Shown here: in pieces, positions 8,565 to 18,719 of the stretch
Layout: each line of letters begins with the position of its first letter
How positions within the stretch are numbered: the stretch's first letter is position 1
Made by a program: the position numbers and the translations under genes
Source: an uncultured delta proteobacterium
GTDB lineage: Bacteria > Desulfobacterota > Binatia > Binatales > Binataceae
Assembly: GCA_963794325.1 (NCBI GenBank)
Contig: CAWCDG010000003.1
Coordinates: 384,001-448,000, forward strand
Direction of reading: 5' to 3'
Length of the DNA: 64,000 nt
The notes under the pieces: generated by a model
The model's database searches: none
The model's input: the letters and a program-made list of their open reading frames with translations, nothing else
Told to the model about the DNA's origin: nothing

Positions 8565-10220
8565 CTAGGCGCGGCGGCTGGAGGTTCTGCTTTCGGCCAG
8601 GCGGCGGGCAGCTTCGCCGATTGCGCCTGCTCGGTGCCATCGCGAGTACTCTTCGACGGTCAGGCCGTGCGCCAGTTCCAATGCTACGGACAGTCCTGCC
8701 AGCACGAACACCTCGCCCAGCACGCTGATGCGCGGGGCGAGGCCGAGGCCGCCGCCTTCGTTGGGAATCGGGACGTGGATGACGAGGTCGGCGAGTTGGC
8801 CGAGGCTGGAGTCCTTGTTGCCGGTGATTGCGATCAGTTGCGCGCCTTGCTCGCGGATGGCGGTGGCCGTCGAGAGCAATTCGTCGGTGCTGCCGCTGTT
8901 GGAAATCGCGATGACGACGTCACGCGGATGCACCTGGCCGAGGCTGCCGTGCAGGGTTTCGGTCGCATGCAGAAAAGTCGCGGGCGTGCCGACCGAGCAG
9001 AACACGCTGGCGGCGTAGCGCGCGACGTGCTCAGGCTTGCCGACTCCCGTCACGTGGACGCGTCCGCCGCGACCGAGTGCGGTGCGGATTATCTCGACGG
9101 TGCGCGAGATGGCGGCAATGTTCAAGCTGCCGCGGAGTGCGGCGAGCTCGGCGAGGGCGAGATCGAAAAACTTTTCGACTTCGCCGGTCGAGTCACCAAT
9201 TGCGGCGGCGCGCGGCTCGGCGTCGCGGCTCGGTGTCGGCAGCGCCAGCGGCTCGGCATAGAGGTCGAGAATTTCCTCGCGCACTTCGAACCCCGACGGA
9301 AAAGCGCCGAGGCGCGTAACCGCGACCGCGCCGGCTGCATTGGCGAGGCGTCCAATTTTGTCCCATGGCAGACCGAGACGCAGGCCGGCGAAGATTCCCG
9401 CGAGAAACGCATCGCCTGCACCGGTCGAGTCCACTTGCTTGACCTTGAAGGCGGGCACGCGAATGGAGGTATCGCGCGCGGCGATCGAGCATCCTTTGTC
9501 GCCTTCGGTGATTACGACGGCGCGGTTTCCGTACTTCGCGCGAATCGCGTCGGCTATCTTCAACGAATCGCGTCCATTGCCGGCTATCTCTCGTGCCGCC
9601 GCTTTCGAGGGCTTGAGCCAGGTTGCGAGCTTCAGTGCGCGCTCGAGTTCAGCGCGCGTGCCGAGCGAACCGATCGCGTCAGAGGGTGGCACGTCAACGT
9701 CGAGGATCGTGGGAATCGAATGAGTGCGCGCGAATAGGAGAATCGCGATTACCGTGCGCAGCGGGAGCTGCGAAATCTCGGTCGAAACCAGATTGGCGCG
9801 GCGGATGAACGCGCCGTGGCGGTTGCGGACCTCGGCCGGAGTGAGCTCGCCGGTCGCACCACGCGCCATGTAGATTGCGCGATCGCCGGCGGTATCAACA
9901 AAGATCGTCGCGAAGGCCGTCGCGGTGCCGTCGAAGGTCAGGTGATGGCGGATGCCGAGGCGATCCATCCCGTCGCGCAGGAATTCGCCGTTGCGGTCAT
10001 CGCCCATCTTGCCGAAGATGCCGGTTTTGAGCCCGAGGATTCGGCCCCATCCGAGATGGTTAAGGACCAGGCCTCCGACTTGCGTGCGCTCGATCGCGGC
10101 GCTGGCGGTATGCGCGCGGAGCAGGATTTTTTCGTCGGCGCGAATGATGCGCGGCGTGCGGTAGAACAGGTCAACGACCATGCTGCCGCATCCGACGACG
10201 TCGAGTTTTTCTTCAGCCAT
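8565..10220 (-). CDS. Fused PfkB-family sugar kinase + KpsF/GutQ-like SIS isomerase domain
   Basis: PfkB signature DSTGAGDAF; SIS motifs VTGVGK, GTPATFLHATETLHG, AISNSGSTDEL; start reassigned to ATG 10220. Confidence 0.88.
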   Translation of the reverse strand: MAEEKLDVVGCGSMVVDLFYRTPRIIRADEKILLRAHTASAAIERTQVGGLVLNHLGWGRILGLKTGIFGKMGDDRNGEFLRDGMDRLGIRHHLTFDGTATAFATIFVDTAGDRAIYMARGATGELTPAEVRNRHGAFIRRANLVSTEISQLPLRTVIAILLFARTHSIPTILDVDVPPSDAIGSLGTRAELERALKLATWLKPSKAAAREIAGNGRDSLKIADAIRAKYGNRAVVITEGDKGCSIAARDTSIRVPAFKVKQVDSTGAGDAFLAGIFAGLRLGLPWDKIGRLANAAGAVAVTRLGAFPSGFEVREEILDLYAEPLALPTPSRDAEPRAAAIGDSTGEVEKFFDLALAELAALRGSLNIAAISRTVEIIRTALGRGGRVHVTGVGKPEHVARYAASVFCSVGTPATFLHATETLHGSLGQVHPRDVVIAISNSGSTDELLSTATAIREQGAQLIAITGNKDSSLGQLADLVIHVPIPNEGGGLGLAPRISVLGEVFVLAGLSVALELAHGLTVEEYSRWHRAGAIGEAARRLAESRTSSRRA

Positions 10221-11355
10221 TGCGCCCCGCCGATTTTCGTTCGGTTGCCGGCGCGTGCCCGGCGGGCGAAGCGTATTCGCTGACCCATCCACGCTCAAGC
10301 ATCTCGGCGTTGCGCTCGCGCAGCGCTGCGAAGCGTGCGGAAAATTCCCGGCGCTCCGTCTCATTCATCGTTGGCGTGCCCGCGCCGACCGCATCGCCGT
10401 CGATGACGCCAAGTTCCTTGAGCGAGGCCTTGAGCGTTGCAATGGTTGGCCGATACGACTTGGCGCCTCGCCTGAACGTGCAGGTGATGCGAAATTCCTC
10501 GATCGCATCGGCATACAAGCGCATCAGCTCGACGTCGCCCGAACGGCAGACCTGCCATGCGCGCTGCCATTCACGAGGCATCGCATTGGCCGGGCCCGCG
10601 ACGACGCCGTAGGGACGGGTGCGCTGGGTCAGGTAGCGATTCCAGTAATGGCGCATGCGGTCGCCGACGCCCTCGGGCGGCGCGAACAAATCGAAGATCA
10701 GATAAGCGTTGCCTGCGTAGATCGCGAATTCGTGACCCGCTTTGAAGTGCGACGCGGCGCGGGTGTAGTTGCCGATCACGGTCTTGCTCGCGGTGACTTT
10801 GATGCCCCGCACGTACGGCAGCTTCGCCATCGCCTTGACGTCACGGGTGTGCAGATGCGGCGCTTTGCCCGGCGCAGCGATGTCGGCGTTGTCGTAAAGA
10901 AACAGCGGAAGCATCCGGCCCGCGCGATTGAAGACGGCGCCGATGTCGCGCTCGACGAATTCGGCGGGATGCTCGACGTCTTTGATCGACAGCGGAGCGA
11001 CGACTACTGCGTCGGCGCCGGCGTGGATCGCGTGAGTGAGATTGTCGAGCGTGTCGGCGCGCGTGTGAGCGGTGATGCCGGCCCATGCTTCGATTTTCTT
11101 GGCGGCGGACGCGCGCGCGCGGCGGCATTCGTCGATCGCGATTCGTACGACCGCCTGGCGACGCGAGTTGTCGATACGATCCCACTCGCCGGTGGTGCCC
11201 GCGGCGAAGATGATATCTGCGCCATTGCCGTCCTGGAGTGCAAAGCGGATGACACTGCGCTGCTGATCTTCGAGGAGGCGGCCGCGCGCGTCGAGAATCG
11301 TGACGACGGGGATGGAGAGACCGGGGCGCGGGATGTAGTCGTCGAGCGAATTCAC
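10213..11355 (-). CDS. DHDPS/NAL-family class I aldolase
   Basis: GTTGE, GADAVVVAP, LFLY, Schiff-base Lys in GIKVT; 8-nt overlap with the downstream gene. Confidence 0.85.
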   Translation of the reverse strand: MNSLDDYIPRPGLSIPVVTILDARGRLLEDQQRSVIRFALQDGNGADIIFAAGTTGEWDRIDNSRRQAVVRIAIDECRRARASAAKKIEAWAGITAHTRADTLDNLTHAIHAGADAVVVAPLSIKDVEHPAEFVERDIGAVFNRAGRMLPLFLYDNADIAAPGKAPHLHTRDVKAMAKLPYVRGIKVTASKTVIGNYTRAASHFKAGHEFAIYAGNAYLIFDLFAPPEGVGDRMRHYWNRYLTQRTRPYGVVAGPANAMPREWQRAWQVCRSGDVELMRLYADAIEEFRITCTFRRGAKSYRPTIATLKASLKELGVIDGDAVGAGTPTMNETERREFSARFAALRERNAEMLERGWVSEYASPAGHAPATERKSAGRNG

Positions 11356-11400
11356 GGCGGCGATTCTAGCAGAAGAGGCAGCAAGCTCGCGATTCGCCTA

Positions 11401-12099
11401 CTAACCGATGCCCAGGCCCAGGTCGGTGGTGAAGCTCCAGTGGGTTTCGTCCATGGAGGCGTAGTTTTCGAGCTTCAATCTGATTGTCAGTCGATAGGTG
11501 CCGTCGGCGGAGAGCGCTGCGACCGGAGGGTTTTCGTACCAGATGCTTTTTCTGCAGACGTCGAGCATCATCTGATCGATTTTCGCTTTGCCCGAGTGCT
11601 GTTCGAGGATCAGTTCGGTGAGCTTGCCTTTTTTATCCATGACGGCGGTGATGACGACGGCTTTGATTTCGGTGGGCAGCCTGGTTCGTGAAATCTCTTC
11701 GGTTCGCTCGGCCTCGATGAGTCGTGCGTAGATGTGATCGAGAATTACGCCGGCGAAATTCCCGAACTTGGCGGCCTTGTCGTTGAGCAGGCGCACTGTG
11801 CCGGGGTTGGCATCGTTACCAACCACCCGCGAAATGCCGGGATCGGTTTGATAGGTGCGCGGCCCGGCCGTGACGGGGCCATGATCGAGCAGCATGCCCT
11901 CGCCGCGCTTGGGAACCGGGTTGATAGCGAACGGATTGACCGGGGTTCCGCCGACATCGTTCAGACTGGACAACAATTTAGGCTGGCCGGAGTCGGGGGC
12001 AGGGGGCGGCGGTTGATCGTTCGCGGCGCACCCGGCGGCAAAGATTGCGACGGCGAAAAGCGTCGCTGTGAAAAACCGATTACGTCTTGCGCGGCTCAT
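11401..12099 (-). CDS. Lipoprotein with TonB C-terminal-like domain
   Basis: Lipobox AAGC; VITAVMDKKGKLTELILEQHSGKAKIDQMMLDVCRK..PP resembles TonB_C. Confidence 0.6.
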   Translation of the reverse strand: MSRARRNRFFTATLFAVAIFAAGCAANDQPPPPAPDSGQPKLLSSLNDVGGTPVNPFAINPVPKRGEGMLLDHGPVTAGPRTYQTDPGISRVVGNDANPGTVRLLNDKAAKFGNFAGVILDHIYARLIEAERTEEISRTRLPTEIKAVVITAVMDKKGKLTELILEQHSGKAKIDQMMLDVCRKSIWYENPPVAALSADGTYRLTIRLKLENYASMDETHWSFTTDLGLGIG

Positions 12100-13655
12100 T
12101 TGGATTTTCCCCGCTGAATACTCTGGTCCGAATCCAGGGCCAGGATCGCCGGACGCGCTTCATTGTAGTCGGCGACGAAAGCGTCGAAAAGTTCTTCGCC
12201 GAATGCGCGTTCCTCGGCGCGAACCTTGTCGTTGTGCTCTTTGGCGATCGCGTCGCCGATGCGCGCGAGCAACTCGAGCGTCGGCGAATAGTTCAACTGC
12301 GCCGTGAAGCCGCCGGAGAAATCATACGTGCCGTCGGGGAGCACGTGCGAGCTGAGCTTCGAATTCAAGCCGCCATCGCCAGTCGCGAGCACCCGCAAAA
12401 AATCGCCGGCCACCAGGTCCATCACCTGATGCACGCCCGGTGGTGCGACGAGCTGCGGGACAGCATTCATCCGGTTGACGAAAGTACAAGCGACGGGGTC
12501 GCGATAGTAATCGGTGGTGAATCCGATGTTAGCGAGGCCGAAATTCATGTTGAGACTGGTAATCTGGCCCGAGGCGATCGTGCGATAACTGCCATGCGAG
12601 ATTTCGCCGAGAGCGATACTGTCGCCCGCCGGTTGCATCGCGGCGCTGAACGGCGTGAGCAGGCCATTGCGAAGCATAATCGTGAAGTGGATGTGGCCGT
12701 GGTCGAAACCCTCGCGCATCCAGTAGTTGCCGTGCGCGTCGACAATGTCGGATTTGGCGACCACCGCGGGCACCACCTTGCGATAGAAATCATAAAGCAG
12801 CGGGTATTTTTTCAGCGCGTCGAGGCGCACTTCCATATCGACATTGAACAGCACGATCGGGCCCGCGGGCGAACTGAATTCGTCCAGCAGATTGTTGAAC
12901 TTGAAGTAGTGATCGAACTTGGCCGCGAGATGCGGCATCTGGCGGCGGAACCGGTCGAGGCCGGCGCGGTCATGGTGATTGAACTTGCCCGGCGCAATAT
13001 CCCACGGCGGTTTCAGATCTCCGTGAAACTCGCGAAGCGTATCGGCCATCGTATCGACCAGCGCGCCGAGGCCGTAGGTGTCGATCATCAGCTCGCCGGC
13101 GAGTGTCCCGGTCACGCTCGAAATGTTGTCGGGAGTGGAGTCGGCGGAAGGCTTGAGCGCGAAGATACCCGAAAATCGCGCGGGCTCTTCCGGACTGCGG
13201 CATCGATTCACCAGCGTGTAGAGAAAGTCAGCGCCGTCCGGCTGGCCCGCGACGCAAATCTGATGCGTGCCGTCGGGCAGGTCGTGCCACGGAATTTCCG
13301 GCTTCGAGTAGAGCGCGGCGGCGCGAATCATCGTCGATTGCCGGGGCGGGAGCTCGTCGACGACTTTCTGAAGCGACGGCCCAAGCTTGGGATGGAACGA
13401 GAGTTTGCGCTGGAAAGCGAGTTGGCGATCGAAGATCGCGATTGCACGCGACGCCCGCTCCGGACCCGGTGGCGCCAGTAAAAGAATTGGCGCGAGAAGA
13501 GGGCGGCTATCAGCCGCGAATCCGGTATTCGACGCTGTCGGCGCTGGCGCGGGCTTCGGAAGCGAAGATGCGGCGCAGCTGGTAATCGCGCAAATCGTGA
13601 TTATTATTGCTGCGAACGAGGTGGTTAGAGCGATACGGAAAAACCGAAGACGCAG
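12096..13655 (-). CDS. Hypothetical large lipoprotein
   Basis: Long ORF with signal peptide RLRFFRIALTTSFAAIIITICAITSC; 4-nt overlap with next gene; start uncertain (possibly CTG/ATT). Confidence 0.65.
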   Translation of the reverse strand: MRLRFFRIALTTSFAAIIITICAITSCAASSLPKPAPAPTASNTGFAADSRPLLAPILLLAPPGPERASRAIAIFDRQLAFQRKLSFHPKLGPSLQKVVDELPPRQSTMIRAAALYSKPEIPWHDLPDGTHQICVAGQPDGADFLYTLVNRCRSPEEPARFSGIFALKPSADSTPDNISSVTGTLAGELMIDTYGLGALVDTMADTLREFHGDLKPPWDIAPGKFNHHDRAGLDRFRRQMPHLAAKFDHYFKFNNLLDEFSSPAGPIVLFNVDMEVRLDALKKYPLLYDFYRKVVPAVVAKSDIVDAHGNYWMREGFDHGHIHFTIMLRNGLLTPFSAAMQPAGDSIALGEISHGSYRTIASGQITSLNMNFGLANIGFTTDYYRDPVACTFVNRMNAVPQLVAPPGVHQVMDLVAGDFLRVLATGDGGLNSKLSSHVLPDGTYDFSGGFTAQLNYSPTLELLARIGDAIAKEHNDKVRAEERAFGEELFDAFVADYNEARPAILALDSDQSIQRGKSK

Positions 13656-13733
13656 CCGTAACGGGCGAATTGTTTGCGATACCTTGCGATGGTATCCTGC
13701 AATACAATAGGTAGAAGAGTCCGGGAAATTAAA

Positions 13734-13973
13734 ATGAAAACTGGAATCCATCCTGAATACCGCCGCTGCACGGTTGTTTGTGCATGCGGCAACACCTTCG
13801 AAACGCGCTCGACGCTCAAGGAGCTTCACGTCGAGGTCTGCTCGAAGTGCCATCCTTTTTATACTGGCACACAGCGCCTGGTCGATACCGCTGGGCGCGT
13901 CGAGCGGTTCAATCGCAAGTACGGCATCAAGAAGCCGGCTGAAAAGACGGCGGAAACCGCCGCCGAAAAGTAG
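13734..13973 (+). CDS. rpmE: 50S ribosomal protein L31 (Zn-binding type)
   Basis: [16 protein letters not shown]...[24 protein letters not shown]. Confidence 0.98.
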   Translation: MKTGIHPEYRRCTVVCACGNTFETRSTLKELHVEVCSKCHPFYTGTQRLVDTAGRVERFNRKYGIKKPAEKTAETAAEK

Positions 13974-14033
13974 CATAGCAACTCCCGCCGCCTGCGGTGC
14001 CCGGCGCACCCGGGTGCGCGGGGGAGAATCCAT

Positions 14034-14067
14034 CGGCACGGCCATCGCGGCCGCGCCGTTCTTTTTT
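14034..14067 (+). terminator. Intrinsic terminator after rpmE
   Basis: CGGCACGGCC-ATCGC-GGCCGCGCCG followed by TTCTTTTTT. Confidence 0.6.
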
Positions 14068-14111
14068 GAGGGGCGATTTTTCGGTTTTGTCGGTCGCGAG
14101 CGTGAAGGGCG

Positions 14112-15173
14112 ATGCTGGATAAGGCGAGTGCAATCGAAGAGCGGGTCGCGGAACTCGAGCGCAAGCTCGCGGATCCCGCCACGCTCGGCAATCAGCGCGA
14201 ATACGCAAAGCTCGCGAAGGAGCGATCGCAGCTCTCCGAAGCGGCGCAGTGCGCGCGTGAGTATATTCGCATCGCGGATGAAATCGCGGGGCACAAATCG
14301 ATCCTCGACGGCAATGACGCCGACTTGCGCGAGCTCGCCAAGGCCGAGATGCCCACGCTGCAGAAGAATCTCGGCGCGGTCGAAGAGAAGCTCAAGGAGC
14401 TGCTCACGCCGCGCGACCCCAACGACGAAAAAAATGTCATCCTGGAAATACGAGCAGGCACTGGCGGGGAAGAGGCGTCGCTGTTTGCCGGCGATTTATT
14501 CCGAATGTACACCCGATATGCCGAGCGGCACGGGTTCAAGCTCGAAACTCTCAGCATGAGCGACACCGGTCTTGGCGGAATCAAGGAAGTGATCGCGCTG
14601 GTGACGGGACGCGGCGCATACTCGCGCCTGAAGTACGAAGGCGGGGTGCATCGCGTGCAGCGCGTGCCGGAGACCGAAGGATCGGGACGCATCCACACCT
14701 CGGCGGTCACAGTTGCGGTGATGCCGGAAGCCGACGAGGTCGAAGTCAATATCAACGAGGCGAAGGATCTCAGGATCGACGTGATGCGCGCGTCGGGACC
14801 GGGCGGGCAGAGCGTCAACACCACTGACTCGGCGGTGCGAATCACGCATATTCCGAGCGGGATGGTGATAATCCAGCGCGACGAGAAATCGCAGCATAAG
14901 AACAAGGCGAAGGCGTTGAAGATCCTGCGCGCGCGATTGCTCGAGCAGGCGCAGTCCGAGCAGCAAGCGAAAATCGCGCAGACGCGCAAATCGATGGTGG
15001 GGACGGGTGACCGCTCGGAACGCATTCGCACCTACAACTTTCCGCAATCGCGCGTGACCGACCATCGCGTCAACGTGACGATTCATCAGCTCGACAATTT
15101 TCTCGACGGCGCAATCGATCCGGTAATCGACGCGCTCGCCGCGTACGATCGCGAGCAGTCGCTCGGCGCATAG
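14112..15173 (+). CDS. prfA: Peptide chain release factor 1
   Basis: GGQ motif, PET (PxT) tripeptide, GVHRVQRVP, ERIRTYNFPQ. Confidence 0.98.
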   Translation: MLDKASAIEERVAELERKLADPATLGNQREYAKLAKERSQLSEAAQCAREYIRIADEIAGHKSILDGNDADLRELAKAEMPTLQKNLGAVEEKLKELLTPRDPNDEKNVILEIRAGTGGEEASLFAGDLFRMYTRYAERHGFKLETLSMSDTGLGGIKEVIALVTGRGAYSRLKYEGGVHRVQRVPETEGSGRIHTSAVTVAVMPEADEVEVNINEAKDLRIDVMRASGPGGQSVNTTDSAVRITHIPSGMVIIQRDEKSQHKNKAKALKILRARLLEQAQSEQQAKIAQTRKSMVGTGDRSERIRTYNFPQSRVTDHRVNVTIHQLDNFLDGAIDPVIDALAAYDREQSLGA

Positions 15174-15180
15174 CACGCCG

Positions 15181-16050
15181 ATGAGAGAGCGGCGCGCGCT
15201 GGAGGCGATCGACAAGGCGTCACGCCGGCTCGCGGTCGCCGGCATCGAATCGTCCCGGCTCGACGCTGAAGTCCTGATGGCGGAAGCGGCGGGCGTCCCG
15301 CGTGAAGCGGTAATCACCGGTTCAATCGCGCTTTCGCCCGAGACACTAAACAAATTCGACGCGATGATTGCGCAGCGCGAGAAACGCGAGCCGGTCGCGT
15401 ATATCGTCGGCCACAAGGAATTCTACTCGTTCGATTTCGAAGTCACTCCTGCCGTGCTGATTCCGCGGCCGGAGACTGAGTTCGTTGTCGGCGCGGCGCT
15501 GCAATATGTAAAGGCGAAGCCGGATGCGCGCGTGCTCGATATCGGCACGGGGTCAGGCGCGATCGCGATTGCAATCGCCGTTAACGCGCCGCACGCGCAG
15601 GTGACGGTGGCGGATATTTCCGCTGACGCGCTTGAGGTGGCGTCGCGCAATGTCCGGCGTCATCGGGTCGAAGATCGGCTGATGCTCCGACTCGCCGACT
15701 GCTTCGACGTACTCGACGGCGGACCGAGTTTGGGCAAATTTGACGTGATAGTCTCCAATCCGCCTTACCTGGATGACGCTGAAATCGCCGCTCTGGAGCC
15801 CGACGTGCGCGGCTTCGAGCCGCGAGTTGCTCTGAGCGCGGGCGCCGGGGGCCTCGATATCCTGTACAGGATCGCGGCGGGCGCCCCCGGACATCTTGCG
15901 CGCGACGGCGAGCTGATAGTGGAGGTGGGGATGCAGCAGGCGCCTCTGGTCGTTAAGCTTTTCCAGGACGCGGGCATGAGCGTCGCCGCTGTGATAAACG
16001 ATTTCGCGGGGTATCCGCGTGTGGTGCGGGCGCGCAGAGAAGGGACGTAA
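15181..16050 (+). CDS. prmC: Release factor glutamine methyltransferase
   Basis: VLIPRPETE, DIGTGSGAI, SNPPY; follows prfA. Confidence 0.97.
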   Translation: MRERRALEAIDKASRRLAVAGIESSRLDAEVLMAEAAGVPREAVITGSIALSPETLNKFDAMIAQREKREPVAYIVGHKEFYSFDFEVTPAVLIPRPETEFVVGAALQYVKAKPDARVLDIGTGSGAIAIAIAVNAPHAQVTVADISADALEVASRNVRRHRVEDRLMLRLADCFDVLDGGPSLGKFDVIVSNPPYLDDAEIAALEPDVRGFEPRVALSAGAGGLDILYRIAAGAPGHLARDGELIVEVGMQQAPLVVKLFQDAGMSVAAVINDFAGYPRVVRARREGT

Positions 16051-16056
16051 CTCAGA

Positions 16057-17313
16057 ATGGAAAAAATGATCATTCACGGCGGCGTTCCGCTGCGCGGGAC
16101 CGTCACGCTCAGCGGCAGCAAGAATGCGGCGCTGCCGATCATGATGGCGTCGTTGCTGACGTCCGAGCCGCTTCATCTCACCAACGTCCCGCGGCTTCGC
16201 GATGTAAAGACTGCGATGGACCTGCTGACCCAACTGGGCGTCGAGGCGCGCTGGACTGATGAGCATCGCGTCGAGCTGCGCGCCGCCAACGTCACCTCCC
16301 ACGAGGCGTCGTACGAATTGGTCAAGACGATGCGCGCGTCGTTCGTCGTGCTGGGGCCGCTGCTGGCGCGGACCGGACGTGCTCGCGTCTCTACTCCGGG
16401 AGGTTGCGCGATCGGTGCGCGTCCGGTGAATTTGCATATCTCGGGGATTCGCGCGCTCGGCAGCAAGATCCAGTTCCGTCACGGTTACGTCGAGGCGCAT
16501 GCCGAGAAGCTGACGGGCGGGCGCATCTGGTTGGATTCTCCGTCGGTCGGCGCAACTGAAAATATTCTGATGGCGGCGGTGACGGCGCGTGGCCGGACGG
16601 TGATCGAAAACGCGGCGCGCGAACCCGAGGTGCAGGATCTCGCTCGAGTGCTGGTTGCGATGGGCGCGAAGATCAGCGGCGCCGGCACACACGTGATCGA
16701 AATCGAAGGCGTCGAGCGGCTGCATGGCGCCGAACACGAAGTTATACCGGATCGAATCGAAGCCGGCTCGATGATGGCGGCCGCGGCGATTACCGGCGGC
16801 GACGTTACGATCACGAACGCGCCGATCGAGCATCTCGATAGTGTCGCAACCAAGCTGCGCGAGGCGGGCGTCACGGTCGAGGCGAACGGCAACGGCATTC
16901 GTGTCGCGCGCCTCAATGGACTCAAGTCGGTCGAGCTGCGCACGCTGCCGTATCCGGGCTTTCCGACCGACCTCCAGGCGCAGATGATGGCGATGCTGAC
17001 GCAGGCCGACGGCAGCTCGGTGATCACGGAAACGATTTTCGAGAACCGCTTCATGCACGCGCAGGAACTGGCGCGGATGGGCGCCGACATTTTGATGAAA
17101 GGACCCACCGCCGTGGTGCGCGGGCCGTCAAAGCTGAGCGGCGCGCCGGTGATGGCGACCGACCTGCGCGCCAGCATGGGATTGATAATCGCGGGCCTCG
17201 CGGCCGAGCACACCACCGAGCTGAGCCGTATCTACCACCTGGATCGCGGGTATGAAGCTCTCGATGCCAAGCTCTCGAGCCTCGGCGCCAGAATCGAGCG
17301 CGCGCAAGAATAA
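16057..17313 (+). CDS. murA: UDP-N-acetylglucosamine 1-carboxyvinyltransferase
   Basis: SGSKNAALP, PGGCAIGARP, PYPGFPTDLQAQ, HLDRGYE. Confidence 0.98.
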   Translation: MEKMIIHGGVPLRGTVTLSGSKNAALPIMMASLLTSEPLHLTNVPRLRDVKTAMDLLTQLGVEARWTDEHRVELRAANVTSHEASYELVKTMRASFVVLGPLLARTGRARVSTPGGCAIGARPVNLHISGIRALGSKIQFRHGYVEAHAEKLTGGRIWLDSPSVGATENILMAAVTARGRTVIENAAREPEVQDLARVLVAMGAKISGAGTHVIEIEGVERLHGAEHEVIPDRIEAGSMMAAAAITGGDVTITNAPIEHLDSVATKLREAGVTVEANGNGIRVARLNGLKSVELRTLPYPGFPTDLQAQMMAMLTQADGSSVITETIFENRFMHAQELARMGADILMKGPTAVVRGPSKLSGAPVMATDLRASMGLIIAGLAAEHTTELSRIYHLDRGYEALDAKLSSLGARIERAQE

Positions 17314-18719
17314 TGAGACCCCGCGTCCTCAAGTCTCAGACGCCGGAATTCAGAAAATTCCTGGATGCGATACTCACGCGCCGAGGCGGTGACAGCGCCG
17401 CCATCGATGCCGCGGTGTCGAAGATAATCGCCGACGTGCGAAAGCGTGGCGATCGCGAGCTGATCGAGCTGACGGCCAAATTTGACCACGTGAAGCTTAC
17501 CGCGAAGACGCTGCGCGTGACGCCGGCGGAACGGCAATCGGCGATCAATCGAATCCCGCCCGAGGATCGCCGCGCGCTCGAATTGGCGGCTGAGCGAATC
17601 GCGGACTTTCATCGTCGTACGATGGAGAAATCTTTCATCTATCGCGACAAGTCCGGGATGCGGCTGGGGCAGATGGTGCAGCCGATGCGCCGCGTCGGGA
17701 TTTACGTGCCGGGTGGGCTCGGCGCGTATCCGTCGTCGGTGCTGATGAATGCGATTCCAGCAAAGGTCGCGGGCGTCGCCGAAATCGTGATGGTTTCGCC
17801 GCCCTCGTCGGAGGGCGAGCGGCTGGCCGTGCTGGCGGCAGCGGAGATTGCGGGAGTCGACGAATTCTACCGCGTCGGCGGAGCGCATGCGGTCGCGGCC
17901 CTCGCATACGGCACGGAGAGCATCAAGCCGGTGGACAAGATCGTCGGCCCCGGCAACGCGTACGTGCAGGCCGCGAAGCGGATGGTTTACGGAGTCACCG
18001 ATATCGACAAGATGGCGGGACCGAGCGAGGTGCTGGTGATCGCCGACGACCGCGCGAACCCCGAATGGATCGCCGCCGACCTGATCGCGCAGGCCGAGCA
18101 CGGTTCCGGCGACGAGGCTGCGGTGCTGTTGACGACCTCGGCGAGTATCGCTGATCGTGTCGCCGAGGCGGTTGAAGTCGCGTTGAAGAGTCTCCCACGA
18201 GCGCGCCAGGTCGAGGCTGCGCTGATCAAACGCGGCGCGATGGTCGTCGTCGGCGATCTCAACGAGGCCTTCGATCTTGCCAATGAGATCGGCCCGGAGC
18301 ATCTCGAGCTCGACCTGCGCAATCCGTCGCGATGGCTGCCTAAGGTCAAAGCCGCCGGCGCCGTTTTCTTAGGCCCGCTGACCCCCGCGCCGCTTGGCGA
18401 CTACCTGGCGGGTCCGAATCACGTGCTGCCGACCGGTGGAGCGGCGCGCTTCGCATCGCCCTTGGGTGCATACGATTTCCTGAAACGAACCAGTATAATC
18501 GAGGCGTCGATGAGCGCGATTGCGGCGCTGGGACCTACCGTCGCGCATCTGGCGCGGATGGAGGGGTTCGAGGGTCATGCACGCGCGATGGAACTCCGCG
18601 CCAACGGCGCAGATGGAAAGGCAAAGCGGGCAGGCGGGAAAAATGCAAAGGCACGGGTGACTCCAGCACCCGGTACTAAGAATGCAAAACAAACGAAAGA
18701 TATTACGAAACGAATCTAA
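17313..18719 (+). CDS. hisD: Histidinol dehydrogenase
   Basis: GIYVPGG, VDKIVGPGNAYV, AGPSEV, QAEH, GDYLAGPNHVLPT. Confidence 0.97.
   Translation: MRPRVLKSQTPEFRKFLDAILTRRGGDSAAIDAAVSKIIADVRKRGDRELIELTAKFDHVKLTAKTLRVTPAERQSAINRIPPEDRRALELAAERIADFHRRTMEKSFIYRDKSGMRLGQMVQPMRRVGIYVPGGLGAYPSSVLMNAIPAKVAGVAEIVMVSPPSSEGERLAVLAAAEIAGVDEFYRVGGAHAVAALAYGTESIKPVDKIVGPGNAYVQAAKRMVYGVTDIDKMAGPSEVLVIADDRANPEWIAADLIAQAEHGSGDEAAVLLTTSASIADRVAEAVEVALKSLPRARQVEAALIKRGAMVVVGDLNEAFDLANEIGPEHLELDLRNPSRWLPKVKAAGAVFLGPLTPAPLGDYLAGPNHVLPTGGAARFASPLGAYDFLKRTSIIEASMSAIAALGPTVAHLARMEGFEGHARAMELRANGADGKAKRAGGKNAKARVTPAPGTKNAKQTKDITKRI

Noticed and set aside
10213-11355. dapA
   Set aside because: Lacks the DapA-specific PYY and substrate-binding Arg; context is sugar metabolism
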